From Amoeboradix gromovi X-113 (taxonomy: Eukaryota > Fungi > Sanchytriomycota), in the NCBI GenBank assembly GCA_018985225.1, contig JADGIF010000143.1:1-17646 (forward strand): a stretch of DNA of 17,646 bases, read 5' to 3'. Shown piece after piece: positions 8,878-17,646 of this stretch (the first letter of the stretch is position 1; each line of letters begins with the position of its first letter). The position numbers were made by a program, and so were the translations under genes. A model generated the notes under the pieces. It was not told the DNA's origin, ran no database searches, and saw nothing but the letters and a program-made list of their open reading frames with translations.

Positions 8878-11004
8878 TTACTTCAATACTTCTTCGGCTC
8901 GTTGGATCTTTCTTCCTCCCCTTGGTCTATATCGTTTATTATTATAAAATTTCTTTTTTTTGTTACCAATATTTACGCCATCCTCTTCTTCCACAGGATT
9001 TTCTAGAGATGTTCCTATCTCTTGAGGCTCTTTTTCTGCAACTTTTTTATCTAAAAATGCTTTCTCTAACTTATTTTCATTAACCTTTTTATTGCTTTTG
9101 TCAATTTTTCTAATAATTTTCAGTTCATTTCCAATACTCAACTCATTAATCTCGTCCTCGTTGTATCCCATCAAGTACATAACATTTAACAGGCTGCCAT
9201 TCAGTTTGCTTTCGATTTCATTCTCAACCACCGACTTAGCATTCCATGCAATTCCTAACCCAGCAATCTTTAGCATCGGTATATCATTGCTACCGTCTCC
9301 TATGCAAACCACTTGATTTAAATCAACATGGAGCGACTGCGCTATAATTTGTAATAAGTCGGCTTTACGCTGTCCATCCACTATCTCTTGATCCTTGCTT
9401 AATCCGTCTATAAGTTTCTCGTCCTCTACTAGTTGATAATTAAAGTTGTTTCCAAAGTAGTGATCTATAGGCAATAAATGACTAATATACTTGAGAAATG
9501 GTTCAAATCCTCCGCTGAGCACAGCAGTAGTGAATCCAAGCTTTTTCAGCATTAAACAAAGTTCTAGTGCCCCATTAGTCAATGTCAATCTGTTGCAAAC
9601 TTGTTGAACCATGGAAACCGGACAATTCCTTAACAACGCTACTCGCTGTTTCAACGACTCTTTGAAATCTATCTTGCCCTGCATAGCTTGCAGAGTAATC
9701 ATTTTTACTTTGTCAAATACACCATACTCACGAGCTAGCTCATCAATTACCTCTTGCTCAATCAGTGTAGAGTCCATGTCAAATATAATTAATCTGCGTT
9801 GCTTTCTAAATATACTACATGGGGACATAGCAAGATTGATTTCAGAGTGTCTCATCTGTTGGTAGATCTGTTTACGAACAACAAGAAATGGATGAACTGA
9901 GCTTACTCTGAATTCCCAGGCTGAATTTAATTTATTAAGCGGTCTCATTACTTCAATAGATATTTTAAGATCGAGACAGATCTTTATGAATGCAGATAAC
10001 GACGAGAACAATGAGTTTTTGGTATTTGGTAGTAAAATGGTAATCATATGCTGATGCCTGCTAGGATATGGAGCAGAATCAAACTGGTAGTCTGAGTCAG
10101 AATGAAGTTGCTTCAGATGCCATTGAGCATGCCATTTTACGCTAATCTGATCGAACAGTGTGGTTAGTTCTACAGTGTCTAGGTGTAGAACACTGATGTT
10201 TAATATGACTTGCACATCATGCCAAGCGCGATGAATGTTGATCTTCTGAAGGTGGAACTGATTCTTGGCAGATAACTCGCTCAGCGCATGAAAGCAAGAA
10301 TGTATGATATCTGTGCCATGAGGACCTGTAAAATGGATAAGTACTTGATTGTTCTTAATAACTGGAGGTAGCTGGGACTTTGTAAACATGGACTGGCCTT
10401 CCACCAAGTTAAATTGAGAGCCCATAACTGCTGAAAGGTCAAGTGATTTAGAATTAGATTTGACGCGCTTATCTGTGGAGTTAGTAGACTTATTAGACTT
10501 CACAATAGAGTGATTGTCATCAAAATATCTGTTGTAAACAGATAGCAAGTCAGATTGTTTCGATTTCACAACTGCGAGGTGAGACGGGTTAATGGAGAAA
10601 TCCTTTTCTAATTTTATATTGCGCTCTAATTGTTGACAAACAGAAAGGTCAGATTCAGATAACGGCATGTTGTACAGTTGAAGTATCATGTATAAAGAAT
10701 TCTGGATTAAACGAATATTTGACAACTGCTCTTTATGGTCTTGGTTCATTGTTGAAAGCATGGATTTCAAGTTGGAAATGTTATCATTGAGCTCAGAAAT
10801 AGACTGAGAGTTAGACTTCTCTTCTTCCTCCATTAACCCAGTCATTTCATTTAATTTGGATAAATAAAAGACGATTGTTGGAATTTCATCAATTGACTTG
10901 AGCTGATCATCGTTTAAATCCGAAGGATTCATGGTCTGATAAGACTTAAGGCGTTCTAATCGTTTTAGCTGATTCTTTTGTTGATTTTTGAGGAATTTCA
11001 ACAT
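8878..11004 (-). CDS. serB: Phosphoserine phosphatase (ACT-ACT-HAD SerB type) with Caprin-like N-terminal helical region and basic RG-containing C-tail, 708 aa
   Basis: HAD motifs FDMDSTLIEQEVIDELA, LSGGF, K and GDGSNDIPML; ACT-like VLIHFTGPHGTDII. First ATG at 11004 (the ORF track starts at an upstream TTG). Confidence 0.9.
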   Translation of the reverse strand: MLKFLKNQQKNQLKRLERLKSYQTMNPSDLNDDQLKSIDEIPTIVFYLSKLNEMTGLMEEEEKSNSQSISELNDNISNLKSMLSTMNQDHKEQLSNIRLIQNSLYMILQLYNMPLSESDLSVCQQLERNIKLEKDFSINPSHLAVVKSKQSDLLSVYNRYFDDNHSIVKSNKSTNSTDKRVKSNSKSLDLSAVMGSQFNLVEGQSMFTKSQLPPVIKNNQVLIHFTGPHGTDIIHSCFHALSELSAKNQFHLQKINIHRAWHDVQVILNISVLHLDTVELTTLFDQISVKWHAQWHLKQLHSDSDYQFDSAPYPSRHQHMITILLPNTKNSLFSSLSAFIKICLDLKISIEVMRPLNKLNSAWEFRVSSVHPFLVVRKQIYQQMRHSEINLAMSPCSIFRKQRRLIIFDMDSTLIEQEVIDELAREYGVFDKVKMITLQAMQGKIDFKESLKQRVALLRNCPVSMVQQVCNRLTLTNGALELCLMLKKLGFTTAVLSGGFEPFLKYISHLLPIDHYFGNNFNYQLVEDEKLIDGLSKDQEIVDGQRKADLLQIIAQSLHVDLNQVVCIGDGSNDIPMLKIAGLGIAWNAKSVVENEIESKLNGSLLNVMYLMGYNEDEINELSIGNELKIIRKIDKSNKKVNENKLEKAFLDKKVAEKEPQEIGTSLENPVEEEDGVNIGNKKKKFYNNKRYRPRGGRKIQRAEEVLK

Positions 11005-11708
11005 GTTGAGAGTAACAGGGAGTTGCCGAAAATTAAAATATGTCAAGTGTTATATTAAAAGGGTAATCAAGTAAAAACAACTGGAATTCCTTAATGCAGT
11101 ATACTCAATGACGGCTTACTTCAATGATTGACAGCGAATGTTAAAACTAGAGAAATTGAAATTAAATAGTTTGAATTATGGAACATTTGGATTCTTAATA
11201 GATACAAAATCAAATACAATTTTACTAGACCTACTATTTCACAGAAAATTAGCAAAAACAAATTTATTTTATCATTTCTACTACATAAGAGACATCAAAT
11301 ATAAAAACTGGACTAACTTTCTGTAACAACTTGGAATATTATTTCAGCTTTCTTACTTTTATGGGTTTAAGAGGCGAATGGACATTCAGCTAGTTGCGGA
11401 GTTGACGAGTATAAAAGGAAAATAAACAACCTTTTGTATCGAAATTTCAAAAATAAATATTCTGTACAGCTATTCTCTTACTCTTTCATCCAATCTTTAT
11501 TTCAAATAAACCTCTGATTCATAATACTAATTCGTAGTACTAAGCTGTTGGAACAGTTAAAAAGAAGTTGAAATTCAGCAAGACAAGAGTCAGGGAGACT
11601 GTCCACAGACTACATCACATTAAACTTCAATTTCTTCTTTTCTGGTCAGATTCCCACCACTCTCCCTACATCACTTCTAACACTTGGTTTGGGTACCAAT
11701 TCGTTGAA

Positions 11709-11816
11709 CGCCTACGTTAAATGTGAAGAATTCGAAAATCATGAAGATTTCAAACCCCACACTTCTCAAGTGTAAACAACTTGGGGAGATACCATTTGAC
11801 CATGTTCTTTACTACA
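11709..11816 (-). ncRNA. Putative omegaRNA scaffold / right end of the family B element
   Basis: Lies between the RuvC-III remnant and the element end. Hairpins ACACTT/AAGTGT (11759-11773) and TTGAAATC/GATTTTCGAA (11731-11754). Ends TTTAACGTAGGCG, similar to family A TTTAACGAGGAG. Confidence 0.65.
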
Positions 11817-12166
11817 TCATTTTGAAGTGCCTGGATTGATATCTCTATGGTCTTGGTGACCGCATTGCTGACAGTGAAACCATCTATCATTGACATTCGC
11901 TCGACTTTGATGATCGCATTTGAAGCAAGTTATGGTAGAATAGGCCTCATTAATAATCAATAAACTTTGACACATCATATTGTTTTTGAATGGTCGCAAC
12001 TCTAATGAACTTTGAGTACTTTTCATTTCGCATATTCTGATGCGATAAAATTGCTAAGTCGTAGATCTGCAAAGTGTTGAATGGTGAAAAAATACCAGTA
12101 CCAATAAAAAGAAGTCCTATGATATTGAGAGTTGTCTATTTTTTGTCTTTTTCACTTTCACGCCAA
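11709..12166 (-). mobile_element. Non-autonomous 458-bp Fanzor2/IS607-like mini-element (family B) inserted in the LRR gene
   Basis: Minus strand encodes DLAILSHQNMRN (frameshift) LLIINEAYSTITCFKC...WFHCQQCGHQDHRDIN, i.e. the TnpB/Fanzor2 zinc finger and RuvC-III. AACG occurs at both junctions (11707-11710 and 12165-12168); removing 458 bp restores the LRR frame S-L-N-G-T-I. The exact junction is ambiguous within those 4 bp. Confidence 0.88.
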
Positions 12167-12716
12167 CGGTACGATTCCCACGCTTCCACAAAGCTTAATA
12201 GATGTGCATTTGGCGGGAAATTCGCTTACAGGTGGATTCCCTGCAAATTTATCCAAAACTCTTAGCAGTTTGAATTTATATAACAACTTATTATATGAAG
12301 GAATACCAGGAAATTTACCTTCATCAATTGCAGTCCTAAAGATATCTTCAAATGGATTTACTGGATAACTCCAGTAGTATTAGCAGCGGTAGCTCTGATT
12401 TATTATTCTACGCTGTTGGCGGATTTTTACTAACATGCTTTTTGGTCCTGGTGGTCTCGAAGATAGTCACGTATCCTGTAATATAATCCAAATTTGGAAG
12501 AAGAAACAGCTTTAGCACACTAAATACAATAGACAACAAAAGTGTCACAACAGCAATTACAACAAACCCAAATGCTACCAACACTTATCCTGATACATCT
12601 GGAAGTACAAATCCAAACTCTAAACAGAATACGTGCTCGTCTTTGAAATTAGCTAAATATCAAAAAAACAGACTTACTTTGAAAACAATTTAATAAATAT
12701 CTTTTTACATCGTAGC

Positions 12717-14126
12717 CTAGTACGGAAATATAACATCAACATTGTAATCTAGCTGCACTCTCAATCTCTTTTCTATAATAACCGAGTTCGCTGCTACATC
12801 TAATACATCTAATACATCCAAACAAGCTGAATGATAAGTCTTTCTATTACACATTTCGAACTGAGACTCCTCATTTATAATCCCGTGGCACTTCTTTCTA
12901 TAGCATACCCTTTTATTTGCATAGTTAAATCTTTTCTTCGATTCCGATGATACGTTTATCATCTTAGAGAGTATTGAGTGGATTTCTTCAGGACTGAACT
13001 CCCACGCCGCAAAAACAGCCAATTCTATTTCACCATCTACCATTGCCATTCGGAAAAGAGTACGAGAATCTAAATTGGCATGGTACCTCAGCAGCTTAGG
13101 ATTGACAATTTTGGCGTTTAACCTGTTAATAAGCATTTCTTTTCTGCTTTCAATCATTTTATTATACCACTTACGGTTCGAAGTTTTGGTATCCGCATCA
13201 AATAGCTTTTCAAACACAATTTCTGTTACTTCTGAATTATTCATCAACTTAAATATTATTCCTTTACCGTCCATTGCATCCAAATTCTCGGCATCAAGCA
13301 TCAACGATTTATACCGTCCAAAAACACGAGCACTTGAAGGAAACAAAAACCCACCAATAAATCCCAAAATCCCAAGATCATCTAGGGTTAAATGCTTTTG
13401 GAAGTACATCTGCCATTGATAGCCATCATCGTTATTGAACAGCTTGTCCATGTTACTGTACCATAAACCAGATAGGTGGACTAAAAGATGTTTGTTCTGT
13501 AAAATGTATTCCAAGCTCAGCTCAGCTATAATTGTTTCACGCAGGGAGACGTCATCCAGATAGATCACCTGAATTAAATACAGCCAACTCGAAGGAGAGA
13601 ATCCTAAGCCTTTTAGATTTAGGTTCCATTCAGAATTATGACAACTGTGATAGCGACGGCAATAATAGTATGCAGCAAATGTTCTGAAATCGGCGATGGC
13701 GGAAGATTTTGCGGTGTTTGGTGAATTTATGTAAGATTCGATTTGTGCCATAGAAAATTTCGAAATGAAAGCATCAAGTCTGTTTTGGAAAATAGGGTTA
13801 AGCAAATAAGTATATGGCCAGACAGCTTGCAAATACTCTGCGTTAAAACAGTTTTCCTTTCTAAAAAACGCATCCACAGTAACTTCTGATTTTAATTTAG
13901 GGTGTGCTAAGAATTGCTCAATAAAGGTAGAATCTTCGATTGATAAGGCTAGATTCCGGCAGTTCATATGGTTAACTGCTAAGTTGCAGTCCAAAACTGG
14001 ACTACTTTCTAAAAAATCAAAAAATTTGTTTGCAGTTTCTAGTTTTGCATAACTCTGCAATATTTTAAATTGTATGCCATTAGAGTTCGTTGCTAGCTGC
14101 AAAGGCAATAGTATACAGATGAGCAT
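12717..14126 (-). CDS. Orphan protein, ~469 aa, probable signal peptide, Cys/His-containing C-terminus
   Basis: First ATG gives MLICILLPLQLATNS (the ORF-track TTG start is unlikely in a eukaryote). C-terminal C..C..C..H..C spacing loosely recalls a degenerate RING. Confidence 0.7.
   Translation of the reverse strand: MLICILLPLQLATNSNGIQFKILQSYAKLETANKFFDFLESSPVLDCNLAVNHMNCRNLALSIEDSTFIEQFLAHPKLKSEVTVDAFFRKENCFNAEYLQAVWPYTYLLNPIFQNRLDAFISKFSMAQIESYINSPNTAKSSAIADFRTFAAYYYCRRYHSCHNSEWNLNLKGLGFSPSSWLYLIQVIYLDDVSLRETIIAELSLEYILQNKHLLVHLSGLWYSNMDKLFNNDDGYQWQMYFQKHLTLDDLGILGFIGGFLFPSSARVFGRYKSLMLDAENLDAMDGKGIIFKLMNNSEVTEIVFEKLFDADTKTSNRKWYNKMIESRKEMLINRLNAKIVNPKLLRYHANLDSRTLFRMAMVDGEIELAVFAAWEFSPEEIHSILSKMINVSSESKKRFNYANKRVCYRKKCHGIINEESQFEMCNRKTYHSACLDVLDVLDVAANSVIIEKRLRVQLDYNVDVIFPY
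12795..12821. repeat. 9-bp tandem repeat x3 (coding LDV-LDV-LDV)
   Basis: TACATCTAA TACATCTAA TACATCCAA. Confidence 0.85.
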
Positions 14127-14573
14127 ATGGGGTATGTTCAGTTTGGAGAAATCATTTCGAAAATGACCCCACCACAAGGAGGGGCGCCTCCTTCGAGATT
14201 GTTGTAATAATTTCTCCTTCAAGTTCTTTACTCCAAACTTACTTTTTATACGCGGTTAGATAGGCATTTAAGAAATTTTACAAGTTGACTTCCCATTTTA
14301 CTTACAAAGGTTCTATATGAGGGGGAAAGTCACGTCAAGCCTTGCATAAGAATTATACAAGACAGTGAGAACCTTCAGTTCTTCGCAGCTTGTACAATAA
14401 GGAACGCTTAGCGAGAAATGCCTCTTTCGATTCAAATAAAAATTGTCTAAATGGATACAGTTATTGGAAAGTACTCAGGTTCACTCAATATTACGTAGTT
14501 GCTCCAGTACTATTCAGTATGGAGTATTTTTCCGAGATTTCTTGTTAAGTTACCTTTACACTTGCTTTTGCTT

Positions 14574-14759
14574 CTCCTCAATAAAGTTCCTAGCTTTTTA
14601 GAGAATCGAGAATTTGCATAGAGAAGCCGACAATGCCGGGGACTCGTTTCAGTATTTGCTCACGCTCCCACTACTGCGGAGCTGAATTGAAAAGAGACGC
14701 GTATATTTCAAACATTGACTAGTATACGCTACATTACATTTTGCCAATTTCTTTCCACT
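14574..14759 (-). mobile_element. Fanzor2 family A remnant, copy A4 (zinc finger and RuvC-III deleted; omegaRNA scaffold retained)
   Basis: Minus strand reads GKKLAKCNVAYTSQ|CLKY (compare A2 GKTIIECNAAFTSQ...ICIK), then TTCAAT..GTAGTG..AGCGTGAGCAA..ACTG.AACG..GCATTG..TTCTCT..AAATTCTCGATTCTCT..AGGA.CTTT..GAGGAGA, collinear with 80-213. Confidence 0.85.
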
Positions 14760-14977
14760 TATTTCTGAGATCAATTCGTTTTAACACCAGATAGTATCTA
14801 TAGACGAGTGAATTTTATCTCGCTGGACGTTATTTTTTAGACTTGATTTATTCTGGCCGTGAAGACTGGTAGACACTTTCATGCATAAAAAACCAGATTA
14901 TTAAATTAGAAAACCTTAAGTAAGAAGAACTTACTGAGAAATAAAGTGCATGTAATCACGATAAATAATTTATTCCA

Positions 14978-15679
14978 TCAGTATTGATTACTATCTTCAA
15001 GAGTTTTTTTCAACGAAACACTGAAAATCTGCCAATCTTTCAATCTCGTCTCAAACAAATCTCTAGGCGCATCTGGATACTCGTTGTAAAACTTAATCAC
15101 CTTAAGCATGTGCAAAGGGAATGAAAGTAAGCGAAACATGCATCTTATCGCAGATTCACTTGCATTTTTCAGAGCTAGTTTTACTCTGTCAGATTTGCAT
15201 TTAGCTTTTTCGTAATTTTCTGAATCGGTGGTGGTATCAACTATATTCCATCTGTATTTCCTCCAGTTGGTACTTTTCATGAGCTTCAAGTATCCGGGAT
15301 CGACGGATTTATTCCAGTAATAATCAATTTCTCTAAACCTCCTAGAATCCGCATACTTAAGTGCTGTGGCATAGTCAACATTAAGTAGTCTGCATATAAA
15401 CCTCGCATTTTGTTCAAGATCCTTAGGACTTACGGGATTCTCTAGCTCTTCATTGTAATATGGAAACCCGTCAAATGGTAAAACGGGATCATCACTAAAG
15501 TCGTTATTATGTGAATATACAGCAAGTTTAGGGTATTTGCATCCAGCTAAATTTCTATTAATGCGGTGTGGCATACTGTGTTGAGACAAAGGTAGTCTGT
15601 AATCGACACAGTTACTAGCAAAAGATAGTGCAAGCTTGGGAACCAGCGACGCCTGAATGCCAAAGCATAGAAGCAACAT
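14978..15679 (-). CDS. Orphan secreted-type protein, ~233 aa; distant paralogue of 16136-16765
   Basis: Start chosen at MLLLCFGIQASL (an upstream in-frame ATG also exists). FPYY motif. AATAAA on the minus strand at 14974-14969 just after the stop. Confidence 0.68.
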   Translation of the reverse strand: MLLLCFGIQASLVPKLALSFASNCVDYRLPLSQHSMPHRINRNLAGCKYPKLAVYSHNNDFSDDPVLPFDGFPYYNEELENPVSPKDLEQNARFICRLLNVDYATALKYADSRRFREIDYYWNKSVDPGYLKLMKSTNWRKYRWNIVDTTTDSENYEKAKCKSDRVKLALKNASESAIRCMFRLLSFPLHMLKVIKFYNEYPDAPRDLFETRLKDWQIFSVSLKKTLEDSNQY

Positions 15680-16135
15680 GACTGTTCGGGTTAAAAAAGT
15701 GGATTCAATATTCTGCATTGATATAGGTTCAAGAAAATCGCCATATTGCAAATTCGTGACGACTCTGATGCAATCAGTCAAAATGATTTACGGTTTATTA
15801 CATTTAAGACGTTTCGATTTCTTTTACTTCATTTGAAGAGTTGATTGCAGTTTGGTAAATTCGGTTATGCACCCTAATGTGCAGTTTTGAACCAAATTAT
15901 CCCATTGCAATTTTTGCAGCTATAAAAGATTATATTTTCTAATTTATTACATTTTTGCGTATTAAATCGAGTTTTATGCATGTAATGACCAGAGTCGCAA
16001 TCAGTTCCGGTCACTTTGGCTTTACGGCGTTCAAAAAGATTTACAAAAATCTTCGCCAACAAGGGGAGTTCTTAGTTGCAAAATAAACATAGAAAACGAC
16101 TGATTACAATTAGCAATTCTCGATTTCTTATTTAT

Positions 16136-16765
16136 TTAATTATTCTCACGGCTCAATACCGCGGAAAGTTTGTCCCTATATTCCATCTTCAGTGCATTCC
16201 AGAATGTCACCCGCTTCTGAATCTTTTCAGAAAGAGCCATAACATTAGCATCAAATGCAAGCTTTTGATCGTATAAAAGTTCTTCTCTGTCATAGGGATG
16301 TATGGGCAACAATGTACAAGCTACCAGTCCGCAAACAAACACAGAACTAATTCGGAACACCTCACAGCCATCTTTTAAAAGATTGAAATACTGTCTCAGA
16401 TCAGATGGCCCATTTTCCAAGTCAATTGACTCAATATTCTTTAAGATTGCAGCACCGTATTTCTTTTCTATGGCTTGTTTCATATCTTTGTATTCCGGTC
16501 TACCTACAAAGATTTTGGCTTCTTCCTCAGTTGCATCCAAAAAACCTTCGATCAGTTTTACGTCATCTGTTTTCTCGTAGTAAGGAAAATTTTGAATGAG
16601 ATTCTTTGCGTTCTTGTTTGCCCTAAGTTTCCAAGCATTAGATGTCGATATATGGGATAAATGTGGTCTATTGAATCCATAAATCTCATTTGTGGACCTA
16701 GTCGGAGGACTTTCAACAAAGCCAACTGCTAGTGTAGCCGCAGCTAAAGAAAACAATGCTAGCAT
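16136..16765 (-). CDS. Orphan secreted-type protein, ~209 aa
   Basis: Signal-like MLALFSLAAATLAVGF, FPYY motif, AATAAA overlapping the stop. Confidence 0.72.
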   Translation of the reverse strand: MLALFSLAAATLAVGFVESPPTRSTNEIYGFNRPHLSHISTSNAWKLRANKNAKNLIQNFPYYEKTDDVKLIEGFLDATEEEAKIFVGRPEYKDMKQAIEKKYGAAILKNIESIDLENGPSDLRQYFNLLKDGCEVFRISSVFVCGLVACTLLPIHPYDREELLYDQKLAFDANVMALSEKIQKRVTFWNALKMEYRDKLSAVLSRENN

Positions 16766-17646
16766 ACTAACAAGATAAACTGGTTTTGGGCTGGGGTAGG
16801 TACACACGTGAATCTGACCAATCAGTTTTATTTCTGGCCATCGAATGTCCTTGTTTACGGGAAATTCAAAAATTACCACGCCAATTTAATCTTAACGCTA
16901 AATCCAAAAAGGCGCAAATGAAAAAATCGTCATCTACATTTTCATCTTGCCTAGTTCAAATTGGAAACTGAATTTCAATCAGTTTACTTAATAAAACATG
17001 TCTATTATGCTAAGATCTATTACGTTTCGAAATAACGCATTCATCCGAAAATTTGACCATCATTAGACTTGTGAGTTCGAATTAATCCCCAATCCCAGTC
17101 TGAGATAAGATTAATTTAGTTCGGGTGTGTCAGTTTAAACAACTAAAAACACTGATTTCAAGCTGCTTTCTATAGTATTTCGTTAGTCAAATATTAATAT
17201 CTGTATTTTCAGAATTGTAATCGTAGAAGATTGTACAAATACATTGACTAGATATAATTTACTCAAAAGAAGAGAAATTGGCAGGGCAAAGGATTCGCTA
17301 GAACGATATTGAAAGATGAGCAAATTTGGTTCAGTTTAAATAAACCCATTTAGTAAATATGCAGTGCTTGAGTCATATTGCCCTAGTACCCATATTAATC
17401 CATTGCGATGAATCCGTGTTCAGATCAGGTTGATCTAATCAGGACCGATCTAAACTTATATGTCTAAATACCATTACTTGCCAGCTAGAAAATATCAAAA
17501 TCAGCTCTCCTATGGAACTGTCTATCATGTATCAAATTCACACAAATTTATCATTTAAAATTTATGCAAATAGCACAGATACAATAATTAAGTATGTTGC
17601 AATGGTTGTTGTTCCTGGATAAGCTTCATATCTGCTACAGTCAATG

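Larger units (their letters stand above)
11608..12693 (+). pseudogene. LRR single-pass receptor-like gene, disrupted by a transposon insertion, stops and a frameshift
   Basis: FSGQIPTTLPTSLLTLGLGTNSLN | GTIPTLPQSLIDVHLAGNSLTGGFP...LNLYNNLL..GIP...ISSNGFTG* (LxxNxLxGxIP-type LRRs). Then, in another frame, TM segment LLFYAVGGFLLTCFLVLVV, a stop at 12484 and tail SKFGRRNSFSTLNT. The 5' start was not found. Confidence 0.8.

Noticed and set aside
11712-11719. Family-B right end contains TAACGTAG (minus), identical to the COX6B intron 3' end; element as a self-removing spliceosomal intron
   Set aside because: No GT 19-21 nt upstream. Splicing from left-end GTs would leave 2 or 8 extra nt. The host LRR is on the opposite strand, and the motif is explained by the shared right-end consensus.
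12394-12403. 10-nt match TCTGATTTAT to the A1 flank (and AATAGACTGA at 10798 to the A2 flank) as in-window guide targets
   Set aside because: 10-mers this AT-rich are plausible by chance in 17.6 kb on two strands, and the matches do not extend.
15874-16062. 62-aa minus ORF with CKNC as another zinc-finger remnant
   Set aside because: A single CxxC with no NEAYTS or DRD context and no scaffold nearby.
3831-16660. Antisense ORFs in the track (3831-4052, 4887-5234, 6890-7111, 9092-9316, 9611-9865, 13075-13419, 16302-16660)
   Set aside because: Shadows of well-supported genes on the opposite strand.
17424-17453. ATCAGG..GATCTA twice with a small inverted repeat
   Set aside because: Too short and without context to support a function.

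Overview
AT-rich, gene-dense EUKARYOTIC DNA, most likely from an early-diverging fungus with a compact genome (inference from a fungal group-III G-alpha, COX6B, Rab6 and spliceosomal introns). Conserved genes: an MscL-family channel with a C-terminal Cys4 motif, malonyl-CoA decarboxylase, COX6B, G-alpha, Rab6/Ypt6 and an ACT-type phosphoserine phosphatase embedded in Caprin-like flanks. There is also a spliced membrane/PAN-like protein and four orphan signal-peptide proteins. Two signals stand out. (1) Five remnants of Fanzor2/TnpB (IS607-like OMEGA) elements from two families. Four family-A copies (1-212, 2450-2764, 3103-3212, 14574-14759) keep a structured putative omegaRNA scaffold ending AGGAG(A), each followed by a different flank (putative guide), while the nuclease ORF is decayed in the three fully visible copies. 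One 458-bp family-B mini-element splits an LRR gene with exactly reconstructable junctions, from which a TAM (CCG) and guide can be inferred. (2) Four ultra-short 19-21 nt GT-AG introns with the putative branch A fixed 6 nt from the 3' end. All alignments and folds were done by eye; no database search was run.
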